From an uncultured delta proteobacterium (GTDB lineage: Bacteria; Desulfobacterota; Binatia; Binatales; Binataceae), in the NCBI GenBank assembly GCA_963842085.1, contig CAWJET010000001.1:1920001-1984000 (forward strand): a stretch of 64,000 bases of DNA, given 5' to 3'. Shown piece by piece: positions 62,687 to 64,000 of the stretch (positions are counted from its first letter, which is position 1; the number at the start of each line of letters is the position of its first letter). The notes below the pieces were generated by a model. It was not told the DNA's origin and did no database searches. It worked only from the letters and a program-made list of their open reading frames with translations. A program made the translations under genes and the position numbers.

Positions 62687-64000
62687 ATGAGATTAAATCG
62701 ATTCGCAACAGTCGCCGCGCTCGCCTTGACGAGCGCGTTGGTTTCCACGGCAGTGCCCGCGGGGGCCCAAGTGAAACCGGGAGATTTTATCACTCCCGCC
62801 AATGCGGCAAAGGTCGAAGGGTTGGTCAGTCCCGGGAACCTTTTGCTGGTCAAGCAGGGCATGACGATGAAAATAATTCCGACTGGCCACCTTGACTGGC
62901 CGCCGCCCTACAAGGAGGCGACCGAACGATATTCGCCGCAGGTATCACTCGGCGCGGACGGCGAGCTGAAGAATTACGTTGCCGGCCTGCCGTTCCCGCT
63001 GGTCGATGCCAACGACCCGCAGGCCGCGACCAAGATCATGTGGAACTTCGCCTTCCGGCCGCTTTACACCGACGACCTCGATGAGCGTGGTGTCGAAGTC
63101 GTGAGTCATCGCGCAGGCTCGGCAAATGAAGTCGAGCATTTCTTGTTCGGCCACCTTGGCTTGTACAACTCTGTCGGCCGCACCGAGGTCGCGCCGACGC
63201 CGATGGATCCCGACGTTATGAAAACCGGCATCGCCTCTCGTTCCGGAGTTTTTCCGATCCTCGAGCCTGCCGAGATGCGCGGTGCTGGAATAGTCAGACA
63301 GCGCTACGCTATTCCGGGGTTCGAAGACGCGGTGTGGGAATACAGCTCTGAGACCCGCAGGCTGAGGCGGCTGCCGACCACGGAACTCGCGGATGGGTTT
63401 GGAGTTCCCAGTGGCGGCTCATCCGGCCCGAGGGGCGGAGGTGCGGGAGGCGCTACGACCTATGCCTCCACGTGGGATCCCGATTCCGCGTTCGGGTTCG
63501 CCGCAAGAATCCAAGACTTCAGCTACCGGCTGCTAGGCGAGCGCTCGATGCTCGCGTCGGTGGAGGCCGCGAATTCTCCCGCCCAGCCCTGCGCCGGCGA
63601 CGGCGGCCGCACAGTGTGCCCGGAGAATTGGGAAATGCGCCGGCTTTATGTGATTGAGGCGACGGCGAAGCCTCGCTCTCTTCTGGGCGCCAACGTGATT
63701 ACTCCGAAGCGTATTCTCTACGTCGACTCGGAAGGCTGGTTTATCACCGCCTCCGATCAATTTAGCGAGCAGGGCCAGCTCTGGAAGACGATCGTGATTT
63801 ACCATGCATATCGCGACCGGCCGGTGCCGGACGCCAGGGTCGCGATCTGGCCGTTCGAACGCATGTTCGAGACTGCGCTGGTTGATGAAGATCTGAGCAG
63901 CGGTTTCTCGACCGTGGTTTATTCACCGGGACACGAAAGTCATGACGACAGCTTGTACATCAATATGGGCGCGGTCGACCGGACCTTCTTCACGCCCGAG
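62687..64000 (+). CDS. DUF1329-family exported protein, 3' truncated by the window edge
   Basis: Manual translation gives MRLNRFATVAALAL...AQVKPGDFIT...YKEATERY...YVAGLPFP...KIMWNF; absent from the ORF track, presumably because it has no stop in the window. Confidence 0.8.
   Translation, partial: MRLNRFATVAALALTSALVSTAVPAGAQVKPGDFITPANAAKVEGLVSPGNLLLVKQGMTMKIIPTGHLDWPPPYKEATERYSPQVSLGADGELKNYVAGLPFPLVDANDPQAATKIMWNFAFRPLYTDDLDERGVEVVSHRAGSANEVEHFLFGHLGLYNSVGRTEVAPTPMDPDVMKTGIASRSGVFPILEPAEMRGAGIVRQRYAIPGFEDAVWEYSSETRRLRRLPTTELADGFGVPSGGSSGPRGGGAGGATTYASTWDPDSAFGFAARIQDFSYRLLGERSMLASVEAANSPAQPCAGDGGRTVCPENWEMRRLYVIEATAKPRSLLGANVITPKRILYVDSEGWFITASDQFSEQGQLWKTIVIYHAYRDRPVPDARVAIWPFERMFETALVDEDLSSGFSTVVYSPGHESHDDSLYINMGAVDRTFFTPE

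Overview
High-GC bacterial chromosomal window (about 63-65% GC by eye) that contains the replication origin region. It holds dnaA-dnaN with a likely oriC between them, a split F0 ATP synthase operon (hemL-atpZ-[DUF2277]-atpI-atpB-atpE), mutS2 with a stand-alone Smr nuclease, and mnmG-rsmG-parA-parB with five parS sites about 30 kb from dnaA. The rest is housekeeping and lipid/acyl-CoA catabolic genes. Gene content and order suggest a Deltaproteobacteria-related lineage such as Candidatus Binatia, but this is inference only. I saw no rRNA, tRNA, CRISPR array, integrase or transposase. The most unusual signals are non-coding or architectural. (1) A REP-like repeat family has hairpin arms identical to parS half-sites in swapped order, and a full or partial copy follows every gene of the mnmG-parB operon. 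(2) Small enzyme-free cassettes are bounded by duplications of neighbouring gene ends: a toxin-antitoxin pair with 87-bp repeats and a DUF2277 gene inside the atp operon. (3) TpA-rich micro-patches occur inside otherwise GC3-rich genes. (4) A PAS-DHp-receiver protein lacks a kinase ATP-binding domain. (5) An exact 20-bp inverted repeat brackets a 3.8-kb block. Product names come from motif recognition by eye, not from database searches.
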